Source: Squalus acanthias
Taxonomy: Eukaryota
Reading direction: 5' to 3'
Length of the DNA: 64,000 nt
Assembly: GCA_030390025.1 (NCBI GenBank)
Contig: CM059425.1
Location: forward strand, 167,278,001 to 167,342,000
The translations under genes were made by a program, and so were the position numbers. Numbering within the stretch: position 1 is the first letter of the stretch; the number at the start of each line of letters is the position of its first letter. Shown one piece after another: positions 12,421-24,930 of the stretch. The notes below the pieces were generated by a model that worked only from the letters and a program-made list of their open reading frames with translations, was not told the DNA's origin and made no database searches.

Positions 12421-13226
12421 TGTACAGAGATTGGGTTCGTGAGTTATTGATACAGAAGACTTAATGTGAGACAATTCTAAAAATATATAGAGATTTATTA
12501 AAAGAACCGACATGCAATTTACAGTTGGTGAATCAGTCAATCGCAACGTTAACAGTTCTAAAAAGAGAAAAAATACGATCTTTTTAACAGAGAGTCTTAC
12601 TTTTAAATCTTAACTTCGCTACAGTATTACAGTTCTTAAAATTTTCTATACAGGATATCCATCAATATCAAAATACCTTTGATCCCCGAGGCACAAAGAG
12701 TGGAAGACCACAGAGCCGCCTCTGTAGTCGTGAATCGCCTTGCCCGATTAAAGCGATTCTGAAATCTCATTTGAGACTTCAATATTTATACCCTTTTTCA
12801 GTTGTATCCCATAAGGTTTCTGCTGATCCAAGTTAATTATCACTATTCATCTTTCTGCTGACCTCTGCAATTCTTTACTGCCACATCAGCTTGTAATATT
12901 CCAGAATCTGCCGCATCTCCAGGTTTTCTGGGTTCACCATATAGAAGGTGTGAAGGCAGATGTCCCTTATTTTATGTGTCATCTTTACGAGGGCAGATGT
13001 TCCTTATCTTATGTGCCATCTTGTCGAAATTTAATTTATATCACTTACCCAGGGTTGACCATTGTTTTGTTCCCAAAAGGTCAGCCACTCGGAGCCATCC
13101 ATTCTTCTGTTTCAATAAGGTTATTTATTCAGGGTCAACAAAGGTTATATAGTATATTCCTTCACAAATGTTGGCAGCATAATCAACTATGGTGAATCGC
13201 CAAAGCCAAGCCTTTTCCTGTCTACA
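12421..13226 (-). mobile_element. Probable LTR (boundaries uncertain; may extend to ~12140 as leader)
   Basis: TGTA...TACA ends; on the minus strand, U3-like ~34-bp tandem repeats (12952-13022), TATA GGGTATAAATA (~12785) and AATAAA (~12495). No TSD found. Confidence 0.5.
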
Positions 13227-13424
13227 GGTGACCTCCACGGAATCATAAAAATTAATGCAGAAGGATGTATTTGACCCTTCATACCTGTGTAGTTCCTAGC
13301 TATGAGTCTGCACTTGTGCCATTTCCCTGCACCATTTAATATTTTACTTCAAGTGTTTCCTGTTGAGCAGTGTGATTGAATTGACTTCAATAGCCATTTG
13401 TGGTAATGGATTCCATATGCTAAT

Positions 13425-15030
13425 CTTCTTAGGCAGTCCCTCGGAACTGAGGATGACTTGCTTCCACACTAAAAATGAGTTCTCAGGTGGCTGATGAGTC
13501 CAATGCAGGACCTACAGACTCTGTCACAGGTGGGGCAGAGGGTGGTTGAAGGGGCGGGTGGGTGGGGTGCTTGGGTTGACGTGCGCTCCTTCTGCTGTTT
13601 GCGCTTGGCTTCCGCTTGCTCCTGGCAAAGAGACTCAAGGTGTTCGATGCCTTCCCGATGCTTCTCCTCCACTTTGAGCGGTCTTGGGCCAGGGATTCCC
13701 AGGTGTCGGAAGGGATGTTGCACTATTTCAAGGAGGCTTTGAGGGTGTCCTTAAAGCGTTTCCTCTGCCCACCTGGGGCTTTCCCGCCGTGTTGGAGCTC
13801 CGAGTAGAGCGCTTGTTTTGTAATCGTGACCATCTTCAAGAAAGATGACAAGTCCGATTGCGGTAATTACAGAGGAGTTTCCCTGCTGTCTGCCACAGGG
13901 AAAGTCATCGCAAGAATCCTCCTCAATCGCCTTCTCCCAGTGGCTGAAGAGCTCCTCCCAGAGTCGCAATGCGGATTCCGCCCACTAAGGGGCACAATGG
14001 ACATGATCTTCACCGCACGTCAACTACAAGAGAAATGCAGGAAACAGCACCAACTGCTGTACATGGCCGCCTTTGACCTCACAAAGGCCTTTGACACTGT
14101 CAACCGTGAGGGATTATGGAGTCTCCTCCTCCAATTTGGCTGCCCTCAAAAGTTTGTCACCATCCTCCGCCTGCTTCACGATGACATGCAAGCCGTGATC
14201 CTGACCAACGGATCCACCACCGACCCAATTCACGTACGGACCGGAGTCAAGCAAGGCTGTGTTATCGCACCAACGCTCTTCTCGATCTTCCTTGCTGCAA
14301 TGCTCCATCTCACCCTCAGTAAGCTCCCCGCTGGAGTGGAGCTAATCTACAGAACAAACGGGAAACTGTTCCACCTCCGACGCCTCCAGTCCAGATCCAA
14401 GGTCGTCCCATCCTCTGTCATCGAATTACAGTATGCAGACGACGCTTGCGTCTGCGCACACTCGGAGGTCAAACTCCAAACATCATCAACACCTTCACAG
14501 AAGCGTATGAGAGCATGGGCCTTACACTAAACATCCGTAAGACAAAGGTCCTCTACCAACCTGCCCCCACCACACAGTACTGCCCCCTGATTATCAAAAT
14601 CCACGACGAGGCCTTGGACAACGTGGACCACTTTCCACACCTCGGGAGCCTACTGTCAACAAGGGCAGACGTCGATGACGAAGTCCAACACCGCCTTCAG
14701 TGTGCCAGTGCAGCCTTCGGTTGCCTGAGGAAGAGAGTGTTTGAAGACCAGGACCTCAAACCCGGCACCAAGCTCATGGTCTACAGAGCAGTAGTGATTC
14801 CCACCCTCCTGTATGCTTCAGAGACATGGACTATGTACAGCAGGCACCTCAAAGCACTGGAGAGGTACCACCAACGCTGCCTCCGCAAGATCCTACAAAT
14901 CCATTGGCAGGATAGGCGCACCAACGTCCGTGTTCTCGCTCAGGCCAACATCCCCAGCATCGAAGCTTTGACCACGCTCGATCAGCTCCGATGGACAGGC
15001 CACATCGTCCACATGCCCGATACGAGACTC
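13425..15030 (-). mobile_element. RTE-clade LINE with 5' inversion
   Basis: RT motifs NYRGVSLLS, QCGFR, GVKQGCVIAP and YADD on + (13821-15030). C-terminal CPTC...HLRTH zinc finger and 3' end on - (13425-13820). 12-bp TSD CCATATGCTAAT (13413-13424 / 15031-15042). Confidence 0.93.
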
Positions 15031-15169
15031 CCATATGCTAATAACCCTAATTCGAATAACCCTTTGAAAAAATTCTAAGAATTTCCAACTTGTACTTTTG
15101 TTCTAATTCTAAATGTATGTCACCATATTACTGATTCAACGTTGAAGTACTCTGACAATGGTCCAAATA

Positions 15170-16232
15170 AAGACAGAACTTGCAATCATATTGTGCCTTT
15201 CACAACCTCAGGACATCCCAAAGTACTTTACAGCCAATCAAGAACATAAGACGTAGGAGCAGGAGTATGTTATTTGGCCCCTCGAGCTTGCTCCGCCATT
15301 CAATAAGATCATGGCTGATCTGATCTTGGCCTCAACTCCACTTCCCTGCCCGCTCTCCATAACGCTTGACTCCCTTACCTTTCAAACATCTGTCTATCTC
15401 CACCTTAAATATATTCAATGACCCAGCCTCCACAGCTCTCTGGGGAAGAGAATTCCAAAGATTCACGACCCTTTGAGAGAAGAAATTCCTCCTCATTTCC
15501 GATTTAAAATGGTGCCCTCTTATTCTGAAATTATGCCCCCTAGTTCTAGATTCCCCCACGAGGGGAAACATCCTCTCTGCATCTACTCTGTCAAGCCCCC
15601 TCAGAATCTTATATGTTTCAATAAGATCCCCTCTCATTCTTCTAAACTCCAATGAGTATAGGCCCAACCTGCTCAACCTTTCTTCTTAAGACAACCCCTT
15701 CATCTCTGGAATCAACCTCGTGAACCTTCTCTGAACTGCCTCCAATGCAAGTATATCCTTCCTTAAATAAGGAGACCAAAACTGTACGCAGTACTCCAGG
15801 TGTGGTCTCACCAATGCCCTGTACAGTTGTAACAGGACTTCCCTACTTTTACACTCCATTCCTTTTAAGTACTTTTGAAATTTAGTTACTGTTGCATTGC
15901 AGTAAAAGTTGCCACCAATTTGCACTTCGAAAGATCCCACAAATAGCATTCAGATGAATGACTAGATAATCTGTTTTTAGTAATGTTAGTTGAGCGATAA
16001 ATATTGGCACACCAGGAGTACTCCGCTGCTCTTCTTTGAAAATTGCCATGGGATCTTTTATACCCATCTAAGAGAGCTGTTGGGGCCTCGGTTTAACATC
16101 TCATCCAAAAGTGTACCATTCCCTCAGTACTGCACTAGTGTCAGCCTAGATTGTGTGCTCAAGTCTCTGGAGTGGGGCTTGAACCCTCAACCTTCTGATT
16201 CAAGAGGTGAGAGTGCTACCACTGAGCCAAGA
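15170..16232 (-). mobile_element. SacSINE1/DeuSINE-like tRNA SINE, split by CR1
   Basis: Homologous to 60328-60790; tRNA head at ~16170-16232; L2-type tail at 15170-15240. Confidence 0.8.
15241..15862 (-). mobile_element. CR1 3' fragment
   Basis: [33 protein letters not shown]1 3' stem-loop and tail. Confidence 0.92.
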
Positions 16233-16499
16233 CTAATTAATGTCTTGTACAGATTCTTTTTCATCTCTTGCTTTTGTGTTCACTGTTTCTACGTATAAAA
16301 CCCAGAATTTCACATTTATCTTTATTGAACTGCATGTGCTTATATCTGCTGTAACTTGTCAATGTCCACAGAGACACACTTACAGAAAGGATGTTTGGAT
16401 ATTGTCTGTAGTTCTTCCTTTCTCCACCATCACTGCCCCCACCTGCCATTGGTCAACTGAGAACATACCAGGATTTGAATCTGGGACCTACCTAAATTG

Positions 16500-16735
16500 A
16501 CAGTGAGAGCTAGGAGAAACTTCTTCAGAACATGGATTGTTGTGTCAAAAAAAAGTATTGAAGCAGAGACCATTGCATCTTATAATGGGAAAGTACATAA
16601 ATATTTGAAATAGAGAAAGGTACCAGAGCTATGGGAAGTTAATGGAGCGCTGAGATTAGTTTTAGATTGCTCTGACAGAGTTGGTACAGACACAATGGAC
16701 CGAATGATGACCTCCTGTCCTGTAAATTTCTATGG
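16500..16735 (+). mobile_element. Old CR1 3' end
   Basis: aggagaaacttcttc...atggaccgaatgatgacctcct...ttctatg. Confidence 0.6.
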
Positions 16736-17400
16736 TCTGCTTTTTTAAGCAGAGTTGCTGAAGTTGGGCAAATCCCCTGAAATGAATATTCTAAATCTAC
16801 AGAACACATTATGGGGGCATTCATAAATTGCATTGGGTCCCTCTGGTCCATGGATTTACAAGGACTTTGCACAGTTAATTATTAAATAAAATACTGAGGT
16901 GTGATTCAGTGAAAAATCCCAAACTGAAGTTGAGGTTTGTAAATAAGTGCAATTTACATTTATGTTATGCTAAAATGATTTTAAAAATTGCAAGTCGTAT
17001 GATAGTTTTAAAAATAAATTTTAATTGAAGATACAGCAGTACTTCCCTTTCTAGCATTAAGCGAGAAGATGATTATGCGATACTGGAGGCCTTCAGATTT
17101 CCCCTCAATCAAGAGATTTGTGCACTGTTAATGTCTCTTAATCTGGGGAAAAATTGGGTTCAAAGTTCTTTTTCTTTCCTGAAATTTTTGCTGATTAGTA
17201 AGAAAAGAGATGCAATAGGACATTAAAATTTGTACCTAGAGTAACAAGGGCATCACTAGATATTGATACAAGTATGTTTTAAATTACAAAATTAGCTCTG
17301 AAGTAGAGTTCGTGAGTTGAGCTTTGTACTGTTTTCGGACTTTAAATGATATATGTATTTTATACGTTTAATTCCATTAACTAAACTTGTTTTGTATCTA

Positions 17401-17574
17401 CAGTCTACCCCTGTTAATTTAAAGTTTTTTTTGTGCTTTTAAAAAAGCCAAATTATCCAATCATTAGAATTAAGCAATTGAAATAATACAGCGCAGGAAA
17501 TCTTTTTAGTGCTGAAAAATTTGAATTATTCAGTAATTTGAATTAAGTGATTTTGACTTAACAGGATGAGACTG
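17401..17574. mobile_element. Tigger/pogo-type MITE
   Basis: TA TSD on both sides; TIRs CAGTCTACCCCTGTTAA / TTAACAGGATGAGACTG. Confidence 0.7.
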
Positions 17575-18039
17575 TAATTATCTAGTGCAGATGAGAAAAC
17601 CAGTCCACAGTTCCAGCTGTAGAAACTCTAAGGATTTTCACTGAAAAAAAGCTCACCAGAAGCAATATATCTGTCTGCAGAAAAGTGAAATACAGATAAT
17701 CTAATTCATTTGTATTCTACTGTTGTGTAGATCAGTCAAATTATGTAGTTGATAGCTGTGTGGTTTATCTTTCTGTCCCAGCAGCATTACTATTGTAGAA
17801 CCCTTTGTTACTAAATTGTGCTGCAGGTCCCACATTTGCTGATGTAATAATTTTGAAAGTGAACCACAAAAAGTGTCTTGTGTTTCTTAAAATGTACAGG
17901 GCTTTTTACTTTGTCTAATTGTTATTGCAACATTTGGGAGAGCAGATTGCATATCTACTGCTCACATTATGGATATATACAGTGACTTTCTTTAAAAGGT
18001 TGTACAGAACAAAGTAATCATTGAAAGAGTTGAACATGT

Positions 18040-18355
18040 ACATTGAGTCTAGAGCACAGAAGCAGTTCATTCGGCCCAACTGTTCTATGCCTGTGTTTAT
18101 GCTCCACACGAGCCTCCTCCCATCCCTTTTCATCTAAGCCTATCGGCATATCCTTCTATTCCTTTCTCCCTTCATGTGCTAATCTAGCTTCCCCTTAAAT
18201 GCATCTATGCTATTTGCCTCAACTACTCCCTGTGGTAGCGCGTTCCGCAATCTTACCACTCTTTGGGTAAATAAGTTTCTCCTGAATTCCCTATTGGATT
18301 TACAATCTTCTATTTATGACCTCTAGTTTTGGACTCACCACTAGTGGAAACATTC
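18040..18355 (-). mobile_element. CR1 3' end
   Basis: Same tail family as 34181-34860 and 45401-45725. Confidence 0.75.
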
Positions 18356-18850
18356 CAGCTCACTGGAAAACAAACTATCATGTGATATTGGGCTATAATT
18401 AGGTAGCCTGAAAGGTGAGCAAATAATGCAGTGCTGATTTATTTGTTTTTTTTTTCCATATAACTGAGTCTTTATGTAACTTCTTTAGATTTCACACTTG
18501 AGTATTTGAATTCATATTACTTTTTTCTCCTTTAATGACTTTATTCTATAGGAATTATGATTGTGGAAAACTGCTGCAAGTCATATGATACAGATAACTG
18601 TTCATGTAATTAATCACAACAGTTGATGAGTTCAGTAGGATGGTAGGGTTGGCTGAAATGCAGACTTTTTAAACTGATAATAGTCACGAAATTTACATTG
18701 TAAAATAGATCCGTTAATTACTGGAAAATGGCAAAAGGGAAGAACATTTTAAAAGGTTGATGGTTTTTATGTGTGTGTGCAGCTGCATCCTGCTATTTCA
18801 GTGGGTAGAATAAGTGCTTTTTCAAAAATAATCCACCACTTGGGGAACTG

Positions 18851-19210
18851 TGTTAGCACACTGCCCTTTCACTTCCTGGAATGTGGGTTTGAGCCAGTAC
18901 AGACTGGTAAGGTGAAAGTCTTTTAAGTTTGCTGGCTGTATTAGTCTTATGTAAAATGGGTTTGATCAGTCTCAACCCAATGGCTAGTGGCATGTGCCCT
19001 CAGCACAGAACTGCTCATAACATGCCATTGATTGGCACTAAATTGACAATCTTACTGAGAGGCCACATAGATCGAGGTATATGCAGAGGAAATGTCATGC
19101 TGGTGCAATAGGGAAATGAAGTAAAGCTCATTGTTGCAGCAGAGTTACTCTACGTCTTGCCCATGCTATACCCATGATCTACCTGATCTGGAAGTGTTTA
19201 ACACTGCATA
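18851..19210 (+). mobile_element. LF-SINE-like element
   Basis: Ordered motifs CCTTTCAC, GAAAGTC, TATGTAAAATGGGTTTG...GTCTCAACCCA..CTAGTGG, ATTGGCACTAA and GAGAGGCCA resemble the recalled LF-SINE consensus. Confidence 0.6.
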
Positions 19211-20029
19211 CTTAAATTGGGAAAATATGCCAGCATTAGTATTCTTCAGCTTGTTGAATGTTAACAAAAAAAGTCCATATAAACCATTTTCAGTTTATCT
19301 TTTATTAGAAAAAACAAGTTGAAGGTTCAAAGCTGACAGTGATGGGCATCGCCACAGATAAAGTTGAAGATACATATTTAAAGTGCAAAATTAAAATTTA
19401 GAGGTTTCAAATCGAGCTAAATTTAGGAATTTTCAAATGAATATCTCATATCTTCCATTTGTTATTTGGTGTTATATTTTGTGAAGTACATTAAGTTGCA
19501 TAGCAATGGAGTGAGCCAGGCACAAATTTAAAGAGGACTGATGTCTCATAGATTTGACCCTGGTAGTGGTTGAGAACGTGAAGACTTCAAGAAACTCTAT
19601 TGGATTATCAACATGCAAGTGACAGACATCCCATAACTAATTATCCCTGCCAAGCAGCCTGACTAATGCATCTTTGATTCAGCAAATAAATTTATCTTCA
19701 ATTGAATTTCTCCTATACAAGGGACCCTTTAGATGCTGTTTTGGAGATAACTCCGCAGACAGGAGGAGCAATGTACGAAGATTTGCTGCATTATCTCTTT
19801 GGCTCGGCATCCATTTTTGTCTGCACTTCTGTGAAGTGCCTTCGGACTTTTTTTCCTGTTAAAGTCACTATATAAATGTACATCGTTGTAGCTAAATATT
19901 CTGAAGCAGCTAATGTGTTCTTGGCATAAATGTTAACTTGCATCCTACCAGCTATTGGGGTACTGTTCTCGCCTCAAACGTGTAGCAGATTGACAATCTG
20001 TTTGAAGTTGTCATGTGCAAGGACTAATC

Positions 20030-20890
20030 AGACTTGAACAGAAATGCTTTGAAATTAAAGGAAAATAACTCTCTGGAGAATAGGGATAGATATCATGCTC
20101 CGTTTATGGTGACAAAAGCTACTATCGGAGCAGCCAAAAAGTGGCAAAGAATATTGTGGATAATTATGGTAGCAATAGTAAAATCTTTTTTAGTTGTGTT
20201 AAGAGACTGAGGATGATAAAAAGTTCCATAGGCCTGTTAAAGGATTCCTTAGGGCAGATTTAGGTGGACTCCAGGACATGGCAGACATTTTAAATGGCTA
20301 CTTTGCATCAGTCTTTACTCCTGTAGACTGTGTTCAGTTAACATTATTGTGTAATTAACGCTAATATTGTAAATGTTAAAATAGATGTAGAACTAATCCT
20401 GGAGAGATCCAGTCAGATCGAGCTGCTTGTCCAGATGGCGTATACCCGAGGTTGCTTTAAAAAAAATAGGAGCTGTGCTAAGTGAGCCCCTTGCTCAGAA
20501 ATTCAATCGATAGCTGAAGTCTAGGATCATTCAGATGACTGGAGAGAGACTAATGTCGTACCAATATTCAAAAAACACAAGAAGTTAGAACCAGGAAATT
20601 ATTGAGCCATTAGCTTGACGTCAGTTGTAGGAAAGTTGGTAGCAGGGATCATTTGGCTGCTCTGTATGACCACCTTGACAGGAAAGCAGTTATTGGGGGA
20701 ATGTAACATAGCTTCTGGAAAATAAGTTACAAGGTTGATGGATAATGGTAGACATTGTCTATATGGACTTTCAAAAAGCTTTTCACAAGGTACCTCACAA
20801 TCGGTTACAAGATAAGGTAGTGTCCTGTGGAATTGGAGGGTAGATCCTAGTTGCAGAGGGAATTCATTGCATTCTGGTAGGTAGAGGGTA
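20030..20890 (+). mobile_element. Highly decayed CR1 ORF2
   Basis: Residual NVVPIFKK...PGNY.PISLTSVVGK and DIVYMDFQKAF motifs. Confidence 0.7.
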
Positions 20891-22319
20891 GACTCTTGAA
20901 TGCAGTGAATCCCCTTCATCAAATCCACTGGTCTGTATAGTTTTGAACCTGATTGCATTGTACTACATCCAAGGGCAAGAGCAAAATCTTCTCCATAGCC
21001 TGCCAACAGGCTACGATATTCCATCAGATGGTTAATAAGAGATTCTGTAGAATGTTGAACTTGCTGATGGTGACAAGTAGAGCTGAATTTCCTTGAGAAT
21101 TCCCAGTGTCTTGCCAACTGTTATAGGCACCTTTTGTCATTTGTTGACATCAGCTTAGATCAGATGTGAATACCAACTGAGTAATTTTAACCTAACCCGC
21201 CCGTCGGGGAGCTGACTGGATTGGGCGCGACTCTGGTTTTATACCCCACCCGATTTTACTCCCCATTGAAGTCAACAGAGAGCGATATTAGTGGGGGGGG
21301 GGGGGAAGAGAGAGGGGGTAAACCTGGCATTCCACCTGATTTCGTGAGTTTCCTGCCTGGTGAGTTAAGTTTATAAAGAAAAAAAAAAAATCCCCCAAGG
21401 CAAGGTTCTGAATAGAGATTACAACCTTATAGAGTAGAGTTGGGTCAGTCTTTCTCAAGAGTTGCTAACTTGGTCTTTTTAGAGTTGACGATGCAGCATT
21501 TTTTCTGACCATAGTTTAATTTTGCTTCTGTCTAGGTGTTGTGATAAGATGATGAATATCCATTTAAAAGCATGTTTTAAAAGGGATATTAGGATTGCAA
21601 AAAAAGCTGTTTTTTTTCTTTGCTGAACCAAACCCTTTTGGATTTTGAATACCCTTTCAAACTTGAAGAAAATAATGGCCCGGATTTTGCTGTGAGGCTA
21701 TCGGCTCGTGCCGTTACTATGAGGTTAATAGACAGCAACTTCTGGCGTCCGCACATTGGCAGTTAAACGCGGAAATCCAGAAGTTGCTGTCAGAGATACC
21801 CAGTCCTTTCCGATAGACTTGGCCTGAAATGACCAATGGCATGAACTTGCTGTACTTGCCCACTAGTTCCCCACTAAAGATGGCTGAAAAAGTTGGGGCT
21901 GGTGCAGTCAGGAGTAAGTGAGATTTTAAACAGCGCGATAACTGATAATTACTGCTGAACAACCCTCTCTGACCCTGAAAATGTAATTTTACAAGTGTGG
22001 AGTCTCATTCCCTCAGAAGAAAATTAGTGTTTCAGATTTTTTTTTTAATTACTTTTTCTGTCTGACTGTGGATATCTCCCATAATCCCATCTGTATTTCC
22101 CAATCTATATTTTGCTTTCTGTACATCGTTTAAATTTAACTTCTATTTCCTGCTTTATACTTCCTGGTTTGAACTTTGGATGAAAAATTTGGCTCCATAG
22201 TGTGTGCCACGCCCGATACCATCTTGGTTAGGGCTGGCGTTAGGAGTGTGCCCCGGAAGTATGCAGAGTGCGCAGTTTGTGACATCTGTCGGCGTGCCAT
22301 TTTCTTCCTCAATGCTGGA

Positions 22320-24670
22320 GCTAATTTAGATCTAGTATTGTGCAACGAGAAAGGGTTCATGAATAACCTTGTAGTAAAGGGGCCTTTAGGGAAGAGTGAC
22401 CATAATGTGATAGAATTTTATATTGAGTTTGAAAGTGACTTCGTTAAATCCAAAACTAGGGTCTTAAATCTAAACAAAGCAAACTATGTAGGTATAAGGG
22501 GCGAGTTGGCTAAGGTAGATTGTGAAACTACATTAAAAGGTATGACAGTGGACAAGCAATGGCTAGCATTTAAAGAATTAGTACATAATTTACAACAAAT
22601 ATACATTCCTTTAAGGCACAAGAACCCCCACAGGAAAAGTGGTCCAACCGTGGCTAACGAGAAGTTAAAGATAGTATTAGATCAAAGGAAAAGACTTATA
22701 ATGCTGCCAAAAAGAGTAGTACGTCTGACGATTGGGAAGATTTTAGAATTCAGCAAAGGAGGACCAAGAAATTGATAAAGAAAGGGAAAATAGAATGAGA
22801 GTAAACTAGCGAGAGACATACAAACAGACTGTAAAAGCTTCTATAGGTATGTAAAAAGGAAAAGATTAGCGAAAGTAAATATGGGTCCCTTACAGGCTAA
22901 GACAGGCAAATTATAATGGGGAATAAGGAAATGGCAGAGAAATTGAAACAAATACCTTGTGTCTGTCTTCACGGAAGAAGACGCAAAAAACTTCCCGGAA
23001 ATAGTGGCGAAACACAAGGGCCTAGCGAGAATGAGGAACTGAGAAATTAGTATTAGTAAAAACGTAGTACTGGAGAAATTAATGGGACTGAAAGCTGATA
23101 AATTGCCTGGATCTGATGGCCTACATCCTAGGGTTTTGAAAGAGTTGGCTATAGAGAGTGGATGCATTGGCTGTCATTTTCCAAAATTCCATAGATTCTA
23201 CAACGGTTCCCGCGGATTGGAAGGTAGCAAATGTAACCCCACTATTTAAGAAAGGAGGGAGAGAGAAAATGGGAAACTACAGACCAGTTAGTCTGACATC
23301 CGCAGTAGGGAAAATGTTAGAATCTATTATTAAGGACGTGGTAACAGGGCACTTAGAAAATAATAGGATTGGGCAGAGTCAACATGGATTTATGAAAGGG
23401 AAATCGTGTTTGATGAATCTGTTAGAGTTTTTTGAGGTTGCAACTAGCAGAATAGATAAGGGGGAACCATTGGATGTGGTGTATTTGGATTTTCAGAAGG
23501 CATTCGATAAGGTGCCACACAAGAGGTTATTAAACAAAATTAGGGCTCATGGGATTGGGGGTATTATACTAGCATGGATTGAGGATTGGTCAATGGACGG
23601 AAAACAGAGTAGGAATAAATGGGTCATTTTCGGGTTGGCAGGCTGTAACTAGTGGGGTACCGCAAGGATCAGTGCTTGGGCCTCAGCTATTCACAATCTA
23701 CATCAATGATTTGGATGAGGGGACCAAATGTAATATATCCAAGTTTGCTGATGATATAAAGCTGGGTGGGAATGTAAGTTGTGAGGAGGATGCAAGGAGG
23801 CTTCAAGGGGATATAGACAGGCTAAGTGAGTGGGCAAGGACATGGCAAATGGAATATAATGTGGAGAAATGTGAAGTTATCCACTTTGGTAGGAAAAATA
23901 GAAAAGCAGAGTATTTTTTAAATGCTGAGAGATTGGGAAATGTTGGTGTTCAGAGGGGCCTGGGTGTCCTTGTACACGAATCACTGAAAGTTAACGTGCA
24001 GGTACAGCAAGCAATTAGGAAAGCAAATGGTATGTTGGCCTTTATTACAAGAGGATTTGAGTATAAGAGTAAAGACGTCTTACTGCAATTATATAGGGCC
24101 CTGGTGAGACCACACCTGGAGTATTATGTACAGTTTTGGTCTCCTTACCTAAGGAAGGATATACTTGCCATAGAGGCAGTGCAACGAAGGTTCACCAGAC
24201 TGGTTCCTGGGATGAGGGATTGTCCTATGAGGAGAGATTGAGTAGACTAGGCCTATATTCTCTAGAGTTTAGAAGAATGAGAGGTGATCTCATTGAAACA
24301 TACAAAATTCATACAGGGCTGGACAGGGTAGATGCCAGGAGGATGTTTCCCCTGGCTGGGGAGTCTAGAACCAGGGGTCGCAGTCTCAGAATAAGGGGTC
24401 AGCCATTTGGGACTGAGATGAGGAGAAATGTCTTCACTCCGAGGGTGGTGAATCTTTGGAATTCTTTACCCCAGAGGGCTGTGGAGGATCAGACATTGAG
24501 TATACTCAAAGATAGAGATAGATACATTTTTGAATATTAAGGGAATCAAGGGATATGGGCATAGTGCAGGAAAGTGGAGATGAGGTAGAAGATCAGCCAT
24601 GATCTTATTGAATGGCGGAGCAGGCTCGAAGGGCCAAATGGCCTACTCCTGCTCCTATATGTTATGTTCT
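22320..24670 (+). mobile_element. CR1 ORF2, 5'-truncated
   Basis: [38 protein letters not shown]...FADD; CR1 tail. Confidence 0.95.
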
Positions 24671-24930
24671 GATGCCCTGTCTTAACCTCGCACAGCTAAA
24701 TATGCATTCAGCATGAGCAAGGAACCCCCACCAGTGTAATTTAAAGGGCTCAGCAACCACTCGAAACTTAGTTGCTGATTGATTTCTACTGGTTCTGTGT
24801 AAGATTGTGAAACTGTTTGGAGCTTTTTAGAGTTAATTAATGTTGGTGAGGTGACTGGGAGTGGTGCTGCAAGTGGAGAAGGCCTTGCTTCTGACTTCAA
24901 GGGTTCTGGTCAGACCACTTGCTTCCTAAC

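Noticed and set aside
12141..13283. TGTGAAGGG…CCCTTCATA as LTR termini
   Set aside because: No TSD, and the right end looks like a decayed CR1 tail.
18552..18588. Alternative FAM174A terminal exon (acceptor at 18550-18551, giving R-NYDCGKLLQVI*); similar sites near 4889 and 21536
   Set aside because: Does not reproduce the recalled R-stop ending and lacks a long UTR-like context; 40596 fits better. Not excluded without RNA data.
20599..21117. 172-aa minus-strand ORF
   Set aside because: Largely antisense to a decayed CR1; no recognisable domain.
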